NCBI GenBank assembly: GCA_963663035.1
Contig: OY760074.1
Location: 864,001 to 928,000, forward strand
Source of the DNA: Acidobacteriota bacterium
Lineage (GTDB): Bacteria > Acidobacteriota > UBA6911 > RPQK01 > JADFOI01
DNA: 64,000 bases
Direction of reading: 5' to 3'
Below, piece by piece: positions 51,180-60,983 of the stretch. Made by a program: the position numbers and the translations under genes. Below the pieces are notes generated by a model, which saw only the letters and a program-made list of their open reading frames with translations, made no database searches and was not told where the DNA came from. Numbering within the stretch: the first letter of the stretch is position 1; every line of letters begins with the position of its first letter.

Positions 51180-51217
51180 ATATACTGCCTTCTTACCGGT
51201 GGAATTACCCGAAGCCT

Positions 51218-51907
51218 TTAGTGAGTTACACTGGCGAAAACCAGGAACTGGAGGAGCCGGTTTTGATCCTGCGCTTCGTACTGCAGGAAGGCCATAGCGA
51301 CGGAGTGGAGGTATCCTCCTCCACCGTCGACCCGGTTTGATCGCAAAACCCACCCCACGGCATCGACTTCACGCGAAGGGCTGAACTGGAGTTTCACCGC
51401 CAGTTTGTCACCTACGTTCAAAGGAAGATCGGTTTCAAATGCCAATCCGCCAACACTGATATCCTTGGTCCTGCCTCTACAAGTCGCACCGGCCAGTTGG
51501 GAGTCGGCTGATTCGATGACGGTGCCAGACAAGGGGATTCGTGCGGGTACCCTAAAAGATGTCCTGCGCTGCACCGTCACTCCGGCGCTCCCTAACTTCA
51601 GTTTCATCTGCTTCTTTGTCTTTCCAGTGCCCCGGACAACCTTTGCCTCCCAGTAGTAGGCAATGGACCCCTCAGCCCAGTATTTGATCCGAACCTGTTG
51701 CCCTCTTTTAAAAGGGACCGAGGCCAGTCGGACCAGGTTTATGGAGAGCTCTTCATCTGAGCGACCTGTAACAGTGGCCGCCACCTCTCCTTGTGATTTC
51801 ACATGGAGGGAAATCACTTCCCCTTCCTTGGGGTAATGACCGGAGCCCTGGCCAGGTTCTAAGGTTTGAGTAGGCGCACTAGCGTCCTGATGTTCTTCTA
51901 GATTCAT
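51218..51907 (-). CDS. PilZ-domain (YcgR-like) c-di-GMP receptor
   Basis: QRRTSFR (RxxxR) and DISVGG (DxSxxG). Confidence 0.85.
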   Translation of the reverse strand: MNLEEHQDASAPTQTLEPGQGSGHYPKEGEVISLHVKSQGEVAATVTGRSDEELSINLVRLASVPFKRGQQVRIKYWAEGSIAYYWEAKVVRGTGKTKKQMKLKLGSAGVTVQRRTSFRVPARIPLSGTVIESADSQLAGATCRGRTKDISVGGLAFETDLPLNVGDKLAVKLQFSPSREVDAVGWVLRSNRVDGGGGYLHSVAMAFLQYEAQDQNRLLQFLVFASVTH

Positions 51908-52333
51908 GGTTTGTTCCTCTCCTCGGTTTCCTACAAGCACGAACGGGGCCCATTTCTGTAGAATCAGCTAAATCAATGAAAGACTGTAACTTACGGACTT
52001 CAAGCCATCACTCTTGAGAGCTGGTTCTGACAATTCCTGTCACGGAATCTGACGATTTTCGTGACATTTCCCGCCTCAAACACTGTGCCAACGGGTCTGT
52101 TTCTTTCCTCTTATTATAGCTCAGTAGTTGACGCCGAAGCAACTACAGATTTGGACTTGTAGGGGAAGCAGAAGAATCCTGGCGGAGAGGGCGGGATCCT
52201 TCTCCCAGATTCTCCACCAGTGAACGCACTCTGGCGTGGCTGGATCGCAGGGGACAAGGGGGCCCAATCTGGTTGCAGAAGTGGGTCCCCCTTGAGAGGC
52301 GACAAGGTCGCCAAAGCTTTGGCCCTGGGCCGA

Positions 52334-53017
52334 CTACGGTAGGTCTATTACTACGTCCTCGTCTTTGATCAATCTGACCAGGTCAATGGTCACAGAACCC
52401 TTGCCGATCAGAGCTTCGGCATAAGGGAAAGACGCTCCCGGGTCCAGACCCGTAACGCTGGTAGTGGTTCCGATCTGTGCCCAGACCTCGACGGTGTGGA
52501 CGCCAGATAGCTCAAGGCCGTAATAAAAGTTAAACGAGTTGGCATTCATGGTGTTCAGGAGCAGCCCAATTTCCTCTGGCTGCAGGATCTCAAAACAGGC
52601 CGGGTCGATGATCCCCGTAACCGGGTCAACGCACAGGCTCAGCAGCCCGCTAAACGTCGCCGTCAGTTCCTGGGTCCTTTTGCAGAAAACAACATGCCCA
52701 GGTTCCGCGTAATTAGGTGCGCCATCGACGGTAACCCAGACAACCACAGAGGCTTCAGCCGTGGTCGTGGTTTTGTTGCCCTTTTTGCTCTGAACCCGGG
52801 TTTCGGTCACGAGTCCGCATTCCACAGAAACGTCGATAAAGAGACCTTTCCCGGTGGGTGTTTTGATGGCTTGCGACAGAATGACCGTGGGGACATCCTC
52901 CTGGAGTGCATAGACATAGCCAATCCTCGCGGTGGCCTGTGCTGCAGGCTGGTTCTGCCCGAGCGCGGGAGCCACAATGAATGCAAGGATAGACACAACG
53001 AAGGTAAGTTTCTTCAT
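52334..53017 (-). CDS. Secreted hypothetical protein
   Basis: Signal peptide MKKLTFVV..ALG; AAGGAG RBS; four Cys. Confidence 0.75.
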   Translation of the reverse strand: MKKLTFVVSILAFIVAPALGQNQPAAQATARIGYVYALQEDVPTVILSQAIKTPTGKGLFIDVSVECGLVTETRVQSKKGNKTTTTAEASVVVWVTVDGAPNYAEPGHVVFCKRTQELTATFSGLLSLCVDPVTGIIDPACFEILQPEEIGLLLNTMNANSFNFYYGLELSGVHTVEVWAQIGTTTSVTGLDPGASFPYAEALIGKGSVTIDLVRLIKDEDVVIDLP

Positions 53018-53262
53018 TTTCTTTTCTCCTTTAATGTTGAAATGTGGCGGCCGCGTTTCTTACACGGTACCCTATTTCTGCTGGAAAAAGGTGTGACGTA
53101 GCGCACGACACCCGACTCATTTGAAAGCGAAACCGGCCTTTAGAGATACTCCTTGACAATGATTGACCTTAACTTGACAACCTCGTTTTGTTTATTCCAG
53201 TACAGTGATTCCCACGATCCACTCAAGGAGTTCTTGACACTGGAAAGAAGGAGGAGGGAAAT

Positions 53263-53490
53263 ATGCTGAATCGAGGAACGTGGGTGTCGGTAAATGGCGC
53301 AGTCGAGTTGCCATTCACTAGTGACTACCTGGAACTCAAGGCGGAGTTCATTGGTCCCCAAGGACGAATCGTGAAGAGTTTGGGCAGCCGAATTTACTGT
53401 GTGAAGCGAGATCGGTTCCGTGCTTCGACGGGTCACAAATTCGTGATTGATGAGAAGCAGGATGTGTATGTCAGAAGTCAGTTGCAATGA
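53263..53490 (+). CDS. Hypothetical protein
   Basis: 75-aa ORF with strong AGGAGG RBS. Confidence 0.5.
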   Translation: MLNRGTWVSVNGAVELPFTSDYLELKAEFIGPQGRIVKSLGSRIYCVKRDRFRASTGHKFVIDEKQDVYVRSQLQ

Positions 53491-53548
53491 GCAAGATATA
53501 CAAGCTCTTTCGAAAGAGGGGATTAGTAGGTAGATCAGGAGTTATATC

Positions 53549-54205
53549 ATGAGGTTACAAGGGAAAAGAAAATTGTGGTTGGTAGCTCTTATCTTCGGAG
53601 TATTGGCTGGATTCGTCTTTATGATTTATCAAGCTTTTCAGCTGAGGGATCAAATAGTGGTTCTTAGCGAGCAGAATCAGATGCTCACAGAGAAAACCGA
53701 GCACTTAAGCTACGTCAACGATCTGGCAATCGAATTCTCAATGGACCCTGCAATTGTCACCTTAGTTGATCGCTACTCGCGGGAATACATGAGAAATGGT
53801 GAGGCTGAATGGAGGCTGGTGAGAACCCCGGAATTCATGAGCTATATTATGCTGTCTCTGATCTATGTGGAGTCAAAGGGCAATACCCATGCTATCGGTG
53901 ATGACGGCAAGGCTCGAGGCCTTACCCAGATATGGGTCTCGACGGCCAGGGAATATGGTAATGTGACAGCCGAACAGCTACACCGACCAGAAACGAATAT
54001 TTCTTTTGCCTTCAAACACTTCCAGCACTTGCTCCAAAAGTATCGCGGGAACCTTGCCCTGGCTCTCTACGCCTGGAATCGGGGACCAGGCCGGGTCGAC
54101 AGGCTTTTGGTTTACGGTGAGTCGCCCCAAAACGGCTATGCAAAGAAAGTCTACGAGGCCGCAATGGTGAGCAATCGAGACTTGTTGACTGGCAGCTCTC
54201 GATAA
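53549..54205 (+). CDS. Membrane-anchored lytic transglycosylase (SLT domain)
   Basis: N-terminal TM and coiled coil; YVES catalytic Glu, GLTQI, ALYAWNRG. Confidence 0.88.
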   Translation: MRLQGKRKLWLVALIFGVLAGFVFMIYQAFQLRDQIVVLSEQNQMLTEKTEHLSYVNDLAIEFSMDPAIVTLVDRYSREYMRNGEAEWRLVRTPEFMSYIMLSLIYVESKGNTHAIGDDGKARGLTQIWVSTAREYGNVTAEQLHRPETNISFAFKHFQHLLQKYRGNLALALYAWNRGPGRVDRLLVYGESPQNGYAKKVYEAAMVSNRDLLTGSSR

Positions 54206-54221
54206 TCAGCTTGACGCTATT

Positions 54222-54312
<91 letters not shown>

Positions 54313-54408
54313 ATGAGTATTCTTTTCGATGACTGTGCTAGTCTCCGCTAACGCGCTGCTGATTGTATGTCTCCAGACCTGGAACCTCAAGCCAGAAGGG
54401 CGAGCGGC

Positions 54409-54438
54409 CTAGCCGGGAGGAGGCATAAACCCGGCTAG
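54409..54438. repeat. Degenerate 30-bp CTAG-flanked palindrome (empty form)
   Basis: CTAG-CCGGGAGGAGGCATAAACCCGG-CTAG. Confidence 0.55.
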
Positions 54439-54527
54439 GCCTGAGATCTTTCCTCGCGGATTTTCCTCTTTAATACTTGCAATTGAAAGAAAAATAGTCT
54501 ATTACATGTATAGCAGAGAGGTGAGCA

Positions 54528-54929
54528 GTGACCAACGCAGATACCCTTCTGAGATTAATCAACCAACACCCCGAGGGTCTGGACGATGATGAGGTTTCCA
54601 AGGAAACCGGTGTCAAGCCCCGGCAGCAGGTTTACTACATTTGTACCCGCCTGGCAGCCGAGGGAAGAATTCGAAGGGTGTCGGTTCAAAAAGACGGGAA
54701 GCGACGGAAAATTCACAACTTTCCTGCCGGCGCTACACTTCCCACTTCGGCCATACCTCAGGCGGGAGCGAAAGAGGGAGAGGAGGGCCATTGGCGTAGA
54801 CGGTTATCCATGCTGGTGGCGGCTACTGGACGAGCTGAGATTGAGCTGCTGGATGAGGCCCTTTTGGATCTGGCCAAGAAGGTTCTGACCCAAGAGGTAG
54901 GAGGCCGCAAGAAGCCAAAACTCCTCTAG
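54528..54929 (+). CDS. Hypothetical DNA-binding protein (wHTH-like N-terminus, RHH-like C-terminus)
   Basis: LDDDEVSKETGVKPRQQVYYICTRL; GAGGTG RBS. Confidence 0.6.
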   Translation: MTNADTLLRLINQHPEGLDDDEVSKETGVKPRQQVYYICTRLAAEGRIRRVSVQKDGKRRKIHNFPAGATLPTSAIPQAGAKEGEEGHWRRRLSMLVAATGRAEIELLDEALLDLAKKVLTQEVGGRKKPKLL

Positions 54930-54955
54930 CCCGGAGGATGCTTCATCCGGACTGG
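54926..54955. repeat. Degenerate 30-bp CTAG-flanked palindrome (empty form)
   Basis: CTAG-CCCGGAGGATGCTTCATCCGGA-CTGG. Confidence 0.55.
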
Positions 54956-54972
54956 ATCAGCGAAGCATGGGT

Positions 54973-56406
54973 TCAAGGCACCTGTGGCAACTCATGGTAA
55001 CTGATGGCCTTGGTAATAAAGAGAAGCGAATTCTGTGCTAAATCAGCTTCTCTGAGTTCCTCCAAGGGTCTTCCCTCCTTGTCGTAAAGAATCCTTACCA
55101 GTGGACGAAGTGAAAATTCCGGATTAATCGCCACTACCCGCCCCAGTTCTTTCGTATTCAAGAGGACGTATTCGTTGTAAGGGTAGAGAGAAAAGCTGTG
55201 CAACAGAGCCTTCACGATTTGATCGGAAAAACTGGTTGTATCGCCATGGGTTAACTCGTGGAGCAGCTCATATCCAGTCAAAGCGTTGCGGTAGGGACGA
55301 TCGTGGATACACGCTTCGAAGACATCCATCAAGCCGAGGATCTTCGCCTCCTGGCGAATCTCTCCTCCCTCCAGTCCCAGAGGAAATCCGCGTCCATCTT
55401 CTCGTTCGTACACCTGGCCTACAGTTTGGGCCAGCCAATCGTAGTCTCTATGCAAGTGCCCCAGAATTTTTGCGCCGTAAACCGGCCGCTGCCGTACTTG
55501 CGGGCTCACCTGACCCGCTTGATGGAGCAGTCGCTTGGGGAGCCATGCCACCCCAATCTCGTGTAAGAGTGCAGCCAGCCCCACCTGTATCTGATTTTTC
55601 TTCTTCAAGTTCAAAGTCTGCGCAAGACGGAGTGACAAAATGGCCACATTCACAGAGTGGGTGCTCACAGCGAATTCCTGTATCCTGTCGGTGGCCAACA
55701 GAAGGAGAGCGGAACTCTCGGAGACGGAGTCGAGGAGGCTTTTCACCAAGCCTTCTCCTCGTTTGATATCGGGTTTCTTCTTGGCCTCCACACGACGGAT
55801 CGAGTCCAAAACATAGGCAGTCGTGCTTCGGTACAGGCTGACCGTCTCCTTCTCAACCTCCTCTTCGAGCAGCCACTTGCCTTCTTGAATCTCGAGGGGC
55901 TGAAAATCTTCCAGCTCTTGCGCGGAAACTTGCTCCAGGAGCGAAGCTTCAACCAGAACATTCCCCTGGCGCAAACGCTGCGAAAGGATCAGGAGTAGAT
56001 TGCGGGCCACGATGGGGAAGGACTCAACAACGCGCCAGATGGTTTCTTCGTCCAGCACAAGCAGTTGGCAGTCCTCGTGAGCCACGACAAAGGCCGAGGC
56101 TGCCTGGCGATCAATGACAGACATTTCGCCGGCCACCTCCCCAGGGTCCAGTATGGCAATGGGGTTCAGCGTCAGTTTCTTCAGGTGAATGCGCAAACGA
56201 CCGGAGAGGAGCAGGTAGAGGAAATGATGGGGTCGCCCCGCACTGATCAGCACGTCGCCCGCATCTAACTCTTGTATCGGACAGTCCTTGAGCAGCTTCT
56301 GGACGGCTTTAAGGTCGACGCCCCTGAAGAGCGAGCCGTTTTGCTGTTGATGCTCTTCAAGGAGCTGCTTGAGCTTAGGTATTGTCTTAGGCATCGTCTT
56401 AGGCAT
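54973..56406 (-). CDS. cNMP-binding domain plus degenerate HD-GYP domain protein
   Basis: GEVAGEMSV..ASA cNMP fold; HSVNV, LLHEIG, EREDGRGFP, RPYR; three 12-bp repeats at the start. Confidence 0.85.
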   Translation of the reverse strand: MPKTMPKTIPKLKQLLEEHQQQNGSLFRGVDLKAVQKLLKDCPIQELDAGDVLISAGRPHHFLYLLLSGRLRIHLKKLTLNPIAILDPGEVAGEMSVIDRQAASAFVVAHEDCQLLVLDEETIWRVVESFPIVARNLLLILSQRLRQGNVLVEASLLEQVSAQELEDFQPLEIQEGKWLLEEEVEKETVSLYRSTTAYVLDSIRRVEAKKKPDIKRGEGLVKSLLDSVSESSALLLLATDRIQEFAVSTHSVNVAILSLRLAQTLNLKKKNQIQVGLAALLHEIGVAWLPKRLLHQAGQVSPQVRQRPVYGAKILGHLHRDYDWLAQTVGQVYEREDGRGFPLGLEGGEIRQEAKILGLMDVFEACIHDRPYRNALTGYELLHELTHGDTTSFSDQIVKALLHSFSLYPYNEYVLLNTKELGRVVAINPEFSLRPLVRILYDKEGRPLEELREADLAQNSLLFITKAISYHELPQVP

Positions 56407-56518
56407 TGTCGGAAGTCGCTCTCTCTACAATCCTTTATTGTATCTAAGAAACGGGGCACTCAGGGAGTACTCAGTTGAGGATTGTATCCGGAGTGCCCCG
56501 AGAAAGCACCCCTACCAG

Positions 56519-56724
56519 CCGGGACTATCCATAAATTTTCTACTGCAGTGCCGCAATCATCCACGCTGACTGCGTTGTGCGACCCGCAAGCGGGTACCCC
56601 TCGGGCTCCTCGGCGTACTGCAAGAGTACGCCTGCGGAGCCCGACCCGTGGCGGGTACCTCTCGCACGCCTTGTCATCGCGGCGCCTGCGGCACTTCGTC
56701 ACGAAAACCTATGTTTAGGCCCGG
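56519..56724. mobile_element. MITE-like element, filled copy
   Basis: CCGGGACTATCCATA start; colinear with 63809-63955 plus an extra hairpin module. Confidence 0.72.
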
Positions 56725-56735
56725 CTGGGGCAGAT

Positions 56736-56828
56736 CGGAGGAGGTGGGATTCGAACCCACGTGCCCAGCTCATCACCGGACAACCCGATTTCGAGTCGGG
56801 CCCGTTACGTCCACTTCGGTACTCCTCC
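56736..56828 (-). tRNA. tRNA-Ser(CGA), CCA not encoded
   Basis: GGAGGAG acceptor, CCCGA-CT-CGA-AA-TCGGG anticodon arm, long variable arm, GTTCGAATC. Confidence 0.94.
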
Positions 56829-56975
56829 ACATTCCAACAGGATTACAGCGAGCTGAAGGCGAGAAGTCAAGTCCGATGCAGGGCGCTGAAAATTGGGGCT
56901 TCGACCTGCAGATCAAGATGGTATAGTATACTTCGTTTGCTGGACATCCAGTGGGGGAGATTTTGCTCTTTCTGA

Positions 56976-57077
56976 CAGGTCTCGGGCCTGTGCAACATGC
57001 TCTTCGAACCATGTCAGGTCCGGAAGGAAGCAGCATTAAGAAGGTCAGCATGTGTGCCGCAGATCCCCCGGGACCTG
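56976..57077 (+). ncRNA. ffs: Signal recognition particle RNA (4.5S)
   Basis: TCAGGTCCGGAAGGAAGCAGC domain IV; terminal stem; upstream of dnaX; ends approximate. Confidence 0.92.
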
Positions 57078-57160
57078 GCCATCCCGCGCTTGGCCAGGGA
57101 GCGAGCATGGGAATTCGCCGAATTTTCACACAGCTGTTGAGTTTTTTGGGTCATTGATCA

Positions 57161-58798
57161 ATGAGTTACCAGGTCCTGGCACGGAAATGGAGGCCCCAAC
57201 GCTTTGAAGAGGTGGTGGGACAGGAGATCGTCACCAAGACCCTGCAGAATGCCATCAAGAGCGAGCGAATTGCCCATGCCTTCCTCTTTTCAGGAATTCG
57301 TGGCGTGGGGAAGACCACCACAGCACGCATCCTGGCCAAAGGGTTAAATTGCCAGGAAGGTCCTACACCATCTCCTTGCGGGGAGTGTGTCTCCTGCCGA
57401 GAGATCGCGGAGACCAACAGTATCGATGTGCTGGAGATCGACGCCGCCTCGAATACGGGTGTCGATAATATCCGGGAGCTTCGGGAGAGTACCCGCTATG
57501 GCACGGCCCGCGACCGTTTCAAAATTTTCATCATCGACGAAGCTCACATGCTCTCCAATGCTGCTTTCAATGCCCTCTTGAAGACCCTGGAGGAGCCTCC
57601 GCCGCATGTGAAGTTCATCCTGGCCACGACCGAGTATCCCAAGATCCCGGGGACCATCACTTCCCGCTGTCAACAGTTCGATTTCAAACCCATTCCTTTC
57701 TCCCAGATCTTCGATCGATTGAAACTGCTTTCCCGGGAGGAGGGAATCGAGATCAGTGAGTATTCCCTGAGAGCCGTCGTTTCTGCTGCCCAGGGGAGCT
57801 TGCGCGATGCCCAGTCGGCGCTGGATCAAATCATCGCCTTCAGCGGCAAAGAGATCCTTGACGAAGATGTTCGGAGCTTGCTGGGTGTGGTGGACGAGCA
57901 AGCCGTCATCGCTCTGGTAGACGCTATCCTTCAGCGTGACGCCAAGAGTCTGGTTGAACAGGTACAGGAGTTGACGACCTCCGGAGTGGATCCGCAGAAC
58001 TTTTGTCGAAAACTGATTCAGCATGTGAGAAATCTCATGGTGTGCCGAGTGTCGGGATGGGATGAGCGTCTTTTGAATCTCCCCGACACGGCAAAGAGCG
58101 AGATTCTCAATCAAGCAGAGCAGTTTTCCGAACTCGACCTGATTCGTTTCTACGACCTTTTGAACCGCACCGATAATGAGCTTCGCTGGCATTCCCATCC
58201 CGCTGTGCACCTGGAGATGACCCTCATGAAGCTGATTGAGCTCGTTCAGCTGCCGAGTCTGGAAGAAGTGGTGGCCAAACTGGAGTCAGGCAAGACACTC
58301 GGCAAGTCATCCCCACAGGTCAGTCCAGCTCAATCCTCCAAGTCAGAGAAGCCCCTTGAAACGAGCAGCAAGGGCTCTCAAGTCGAAGAAGAGAAGGGCA
58401 GCCAGTTGGGAGAATCTCCTGAAGCTGAAAAGGCGAAAGATGTGGAGACTCCAGCTGAAAACCAGGTGTTTGCTCATCTGTTGTCAGCTGTCCAGATGGA
58501 GAGTCTTCCCCTTTACTCTTCGTTACAGCACGCCTCCCAAGCGACCTTTCAGGACGGGAAACTGTCTATCCTGTTCCCCCAGACTGAGTCCTTCCATCGC
58601 CAGTGTGTGCTCAAGTCAGACAATCAAGGTCGGCTCTCCCGACTGTGTGCTAAAATTACGGGATCGGTGCCAAAGATTGAAGTTCGATTAGATGAACCCC
58701 TCCAGGATCGATCCGATCCGACGGAAAATCCTAAGGTGAAGGCTTTTATTGAGACCTTCCCTGGCAAAGTCATTGTCGAGAAGGAAGCAGAGGATTAA
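57161..58798 (+). CDS. dnaX: DNA polymerase III subunit gamma/tau
   Basis: LARKWRP, G.RGVGKTT, PCGEC.SC, IIDEAHML, SRC. Confidence 0.96.
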   Translation: MSYQVLARKWRPQRFEEVVGQEIVTKTLQNAIKSERIAHAFLFSGIRGVGKTTTARILAKGLNCQEGPTPSPCGECVSCREIAETNSIDVLEIDAASNTGVDNIRELRESTRYGTARDRFKIFIIDEAHMLSNAAFNALLKTLEEPPPHVKFILATTEYPKIPGTITSRCQQFDFKPIPFSQIFDRLKLLSREEGIEISEYSLRAVVSAAQGSLRDAQSALDQIIAFSGKEILDEDVRSLLGVVDEQAVIALVDAILQRDAKSLVEQVQELTTSGVDPQNFCRKLIQHVRNLMVCRVSGWDERLLNLPDTAKSEILNQAEQFSELDLIRFYDLLNRTDNELRWHSHPAVHLEMTLMKLIELVQLPSLEEVVAKLESGKTLGKSSPQVSPAQSSKSEKPLETSSKGSQVEEEKGSQLGESPEAEKAKDVETPAENQVFAHLLSAVQMESLPLYSSLQHASQATFQDGKLSILFPQTESFHRQCVLKSDNQGRLSRLCAKITGSVPKIEVRLDEPLQDRSDPTENPKVKAFIETFPGKVIVEKEAED

Positions 58799-58804
58799 CT
58801 GCCA

Positions 58805-59098
58805 ATGAAAAATCTGCAAAAGCTGATGAAACAGGCTCAAAAGATGCAGGAGAGGCTGGACACGGAAATGGGGGATCTCCGGGTGGAGGCCAGCAGTGGT
58901 GGCGGAGTGGTGAACGTGACCATGGATGGGAAAAAAGGAGTTCTCTCCATCACCATAGAGCCGGAAGCAGTCGATGTGGATGACCTTGAGATGCTGCAGG
59001 ATCTCATTCTGGCTGCTGTGAACGAGGCGGGCCGAAAGGTGGATGAGGCCTTGAGTGATCGTGTCGGTGGCTTGACTCAGGGACTGGTGGGCGGCTGA
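58805..59098 (+). CDS. ybaB: YbaB/EbfC nucleoid-associated protein
   Basis: MKQAQKMQ, SGGG.V, LQDLILAAVNEA; between dnaX and recR. Confidence 0.94.
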   Translation: MKNLQKLMKQAQKMQERLDTEMGDLRVEASSGGGVVNVTMDGKKGVLSITIEPEAVDVDDLEMLQDLILAAVNEAGRKVDEALSDRVGGLTQGLVGG

Positions 59099-59116
59099 GG
59101 ATCACAACCCGGGTCC

Positions 59117-59716
59117 ATGACAAATCAAGACAATCCCGTGCAGCGACTCATCCAGGAATTCAAGAAACTGCCGGGAATTGGAGCCAAATCAGCCCAGCGG
59201 CTGGTCTTTCACCTGATTCGCAGGCCGGATGAGGATTGTCAGAAGCTGGCCGAAGCCGTCTCCCAGTTAAAGGCGAGCCTGGTGCTGTGTTCCACCTGTC
59301 ATAACATCACCGAAGTGGATCCTTGCCGAATTTGCAGCAATTCGAACCGCGATCCGAAGGTCATTTGCGTGGTGGAGGAACCTTGCAATATCCTTTCCAT
59401 CGAAAAGACTGGCGTCTACAACGGCTACTATCACGTCCTGCACGGTGCCATTTCTCCCATTGATGGTATCGGCCCCGATGATCTCAAGCTGGAAAATCTG
59501 TACGAGCGACTCAAAGAGAATAATGTCGAGGAAGTGATTGTGGCAACCAATCCCACCAGCGAGGGCGAAGCCACGGCTCTCTATCTCTCGAAACTCATTA
59601 AGCCCCTGGATATTCAGCTCAGCCGAATCGCTTCGGGAATTCCGGTTGGCGCTGACCTGGAATATACAGATACCGTGACCCTCTCCCGTGCCCTGTCAGG
59701 AAGACAGAAGCTCTAA
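59117..59716 (+). CDS. recR: Recombination mediator RecR
   Basis: LPGIGAKSAQRL, C4 zinc finger, YHVLHG, EGEATA. Confidence 0.96.
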   Translation: MTNQDNPVQRLIQEFKKLPGIGAKSAQRLVFHLIRRPDEDCQKLAEAVSQLKASLVLCSTCHNITEVDPCRICSNSNRDPKVICVVEEPCNILSIEKTGVYNGYYHVLHGAISPIDGIGPDDLKLENLYERLKENNVEEVIVATNPTSEGEATALYLSKLIKPLDIQLSRIASGIPVGADLEYTDTVTLSRALSGRQKL

Positions 59717-59719
59717 AGA

Positions 59720-59780
59720 AGGAGGCAGGAGGTAGGAGGCAGGAGGCAGGAGGTAGGAGTCGACTGTCAGGTGTCAGCTG
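59720..59780. repeat. Heptamer tandem repeat AGGAGGY
   Basis: About five units between convergent recR and mog. Confidence 0.85.
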
Positions 59781-60258
59781 TTCCGTGAGCAGTGCGCTCT
59801 TGGAGGATATTGACTGCATGAGGAAGGACTGGGAGTACAGCCTGGAGAGATTCAGCAGCTCCTTTAGGGCTTCCTGGAAGGCTTAAGATCAGGGTTTGAT
59901 TGCGAGTCCCGGCCAGAGATCGTGAGAGAGCGGCAAACTCGGTGTTTTCGAGGCCGCGCAGCCGCATCAGTTCTGCCAGTCCAACGATTTCTTTCTCCAG
60001 CAGGGGCCTGATTGCCTCAGGAGTGACATCTCGAGGAGCAAGACCTGTTCCGCCTGTCGTGACCACCAGGTCGATCTGGGAATCCTGGCTGAGGTCCAGG
60101 ATTTTCTCCTGGATCAGAGAAAGCTCGTCGGGCACGATGTGGGTGCTCACAACCTCCCACTGGTTCTGGCTGAGCAGCTGTGAGAGTTTCAGTCCAGAAC
60201 TATCTTTCCTCTTCTTGTGATAGCAGCCGTCGCTGATGGTCACAACCGCAGCCTTCAC
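59767..60258 (-). CDS. Molybdopterin adenylyltransferase (MogA/MoaB family)
   Basis: TISD, D.SG, VPDE, TTGGTGLAPRDVTPEA, LPGSPK. Confidence 0.93.
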   Translation of the reverse strand: MKAAVVTISDGCYHKKRKDSSGLKLSQLLSQNQWEVVSTHIVPDELSLIQEKILDLSQDSQIDLVVTTGGTGLAPRDVTPEAIRPLLEKEIVGLAELMRLRGLENTEFAALSRSLAGTRNQTLILSLPGSPKGAAESLQAVLPVLPHAVNILQERTAHGTADT

Positions 60259-60674
60259 TCTCCGTAGCCCTCGATCCACACTTCGCCGTCCTGGTAGTGC
60301 TCCTTTTTCCAGATCGGCACAGTTGTTTTTAAAGTGTCAATGGCAAAGCGACAAGCCTCAAAAGCATCTTGCCGATGAGCGGCGGAAACAGCGATGAATA
60401 CACTGCTCTCATCGATCTCCATCCGTCCTATGCGGTGGACGATGGCCATCCCGTTCAGGGGCCAGCGGTCCATTGCCTCAGCCCGAATCTTTTCCAGCTC
60501 CTTGGCGGCCATCTCGGGGAAGGCTTCGTAGTGAAGATGAGTGACTTGCTTTCCGCGAGCATGGTTGCGAACCGTGCCGTCGAAGGTGACGATGGCTCCT
60601 GATTCTGAGGAGGAAACAGATTTCACAATCTCTTCTCGCTCGATTTTACTCTCCACGATCTGGATCATGGTCAT
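60255..60674 (-). CDS. moaE: Molybdopterin synthase catalytic subunit
   Basis: GAIVTF.GTVR, HRIG, HR..AF, PIWKKE. Confidence 0.95.
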   Translation of the reverse strand: MTMIQIVESKIEREEIVKSVSSSESGAIVTFDGTVRNHARGKQVTHLHYEAFPEMAAKELEKIRAEAMDRWPLNGMAIVHRIGRMEIDESSVFIAVSAAHRQDAFEACRFAIDTLKTTVPIWKKEHYQDGEVWIEGYGE

Positions 60675-60913
60675 CCTCCACTCACCGGAGGGAACAATGA
60701 AAGTTCATCACCTGGAGAAACAAATGCGTCCAGGTTCGCATATTCCAGATTGATGGCAACCAACAGGATGGGTTGGTATTTCTTGAGTTCAGGAAAGCGG
60801 CTTTCCAACTGGTGAAAGACATCTCTGACTGAAGTCTTCTCCTCCAGTTGCACCTCCAGTTCCGAGTCCCCAATTAAGTCTTTCAGGGAGGCGAAAAAGC
60901 GCACTTTTAACAT
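60671..60913 (-). CDS. moaD: Molybdopterin synthase sulfur carrier
   Basis: VRFFASL ... FPPVSGG C-terminus. Confidence 0.94.
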   Translation of the reverse strand: MLKVRFFASLKDLIGDSELEVQLEEKTSVRDVFHQLESRFPELKKYQPILLVAINLEYANLDAFVSPGDELSLFPPVSGG

Positions 60914-60983
60914 GTGGGCCTATTATACAACTGACCACGGCCCGCTGACAGCTGACAACAGACTCCAGAAAACAGACCTCAGT

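Noticed and set aside
58200-58500. Programmed -1 frameshift in dnaX
   Set aside because: No A AAA AAG heptamer or long A run seen in the linker region
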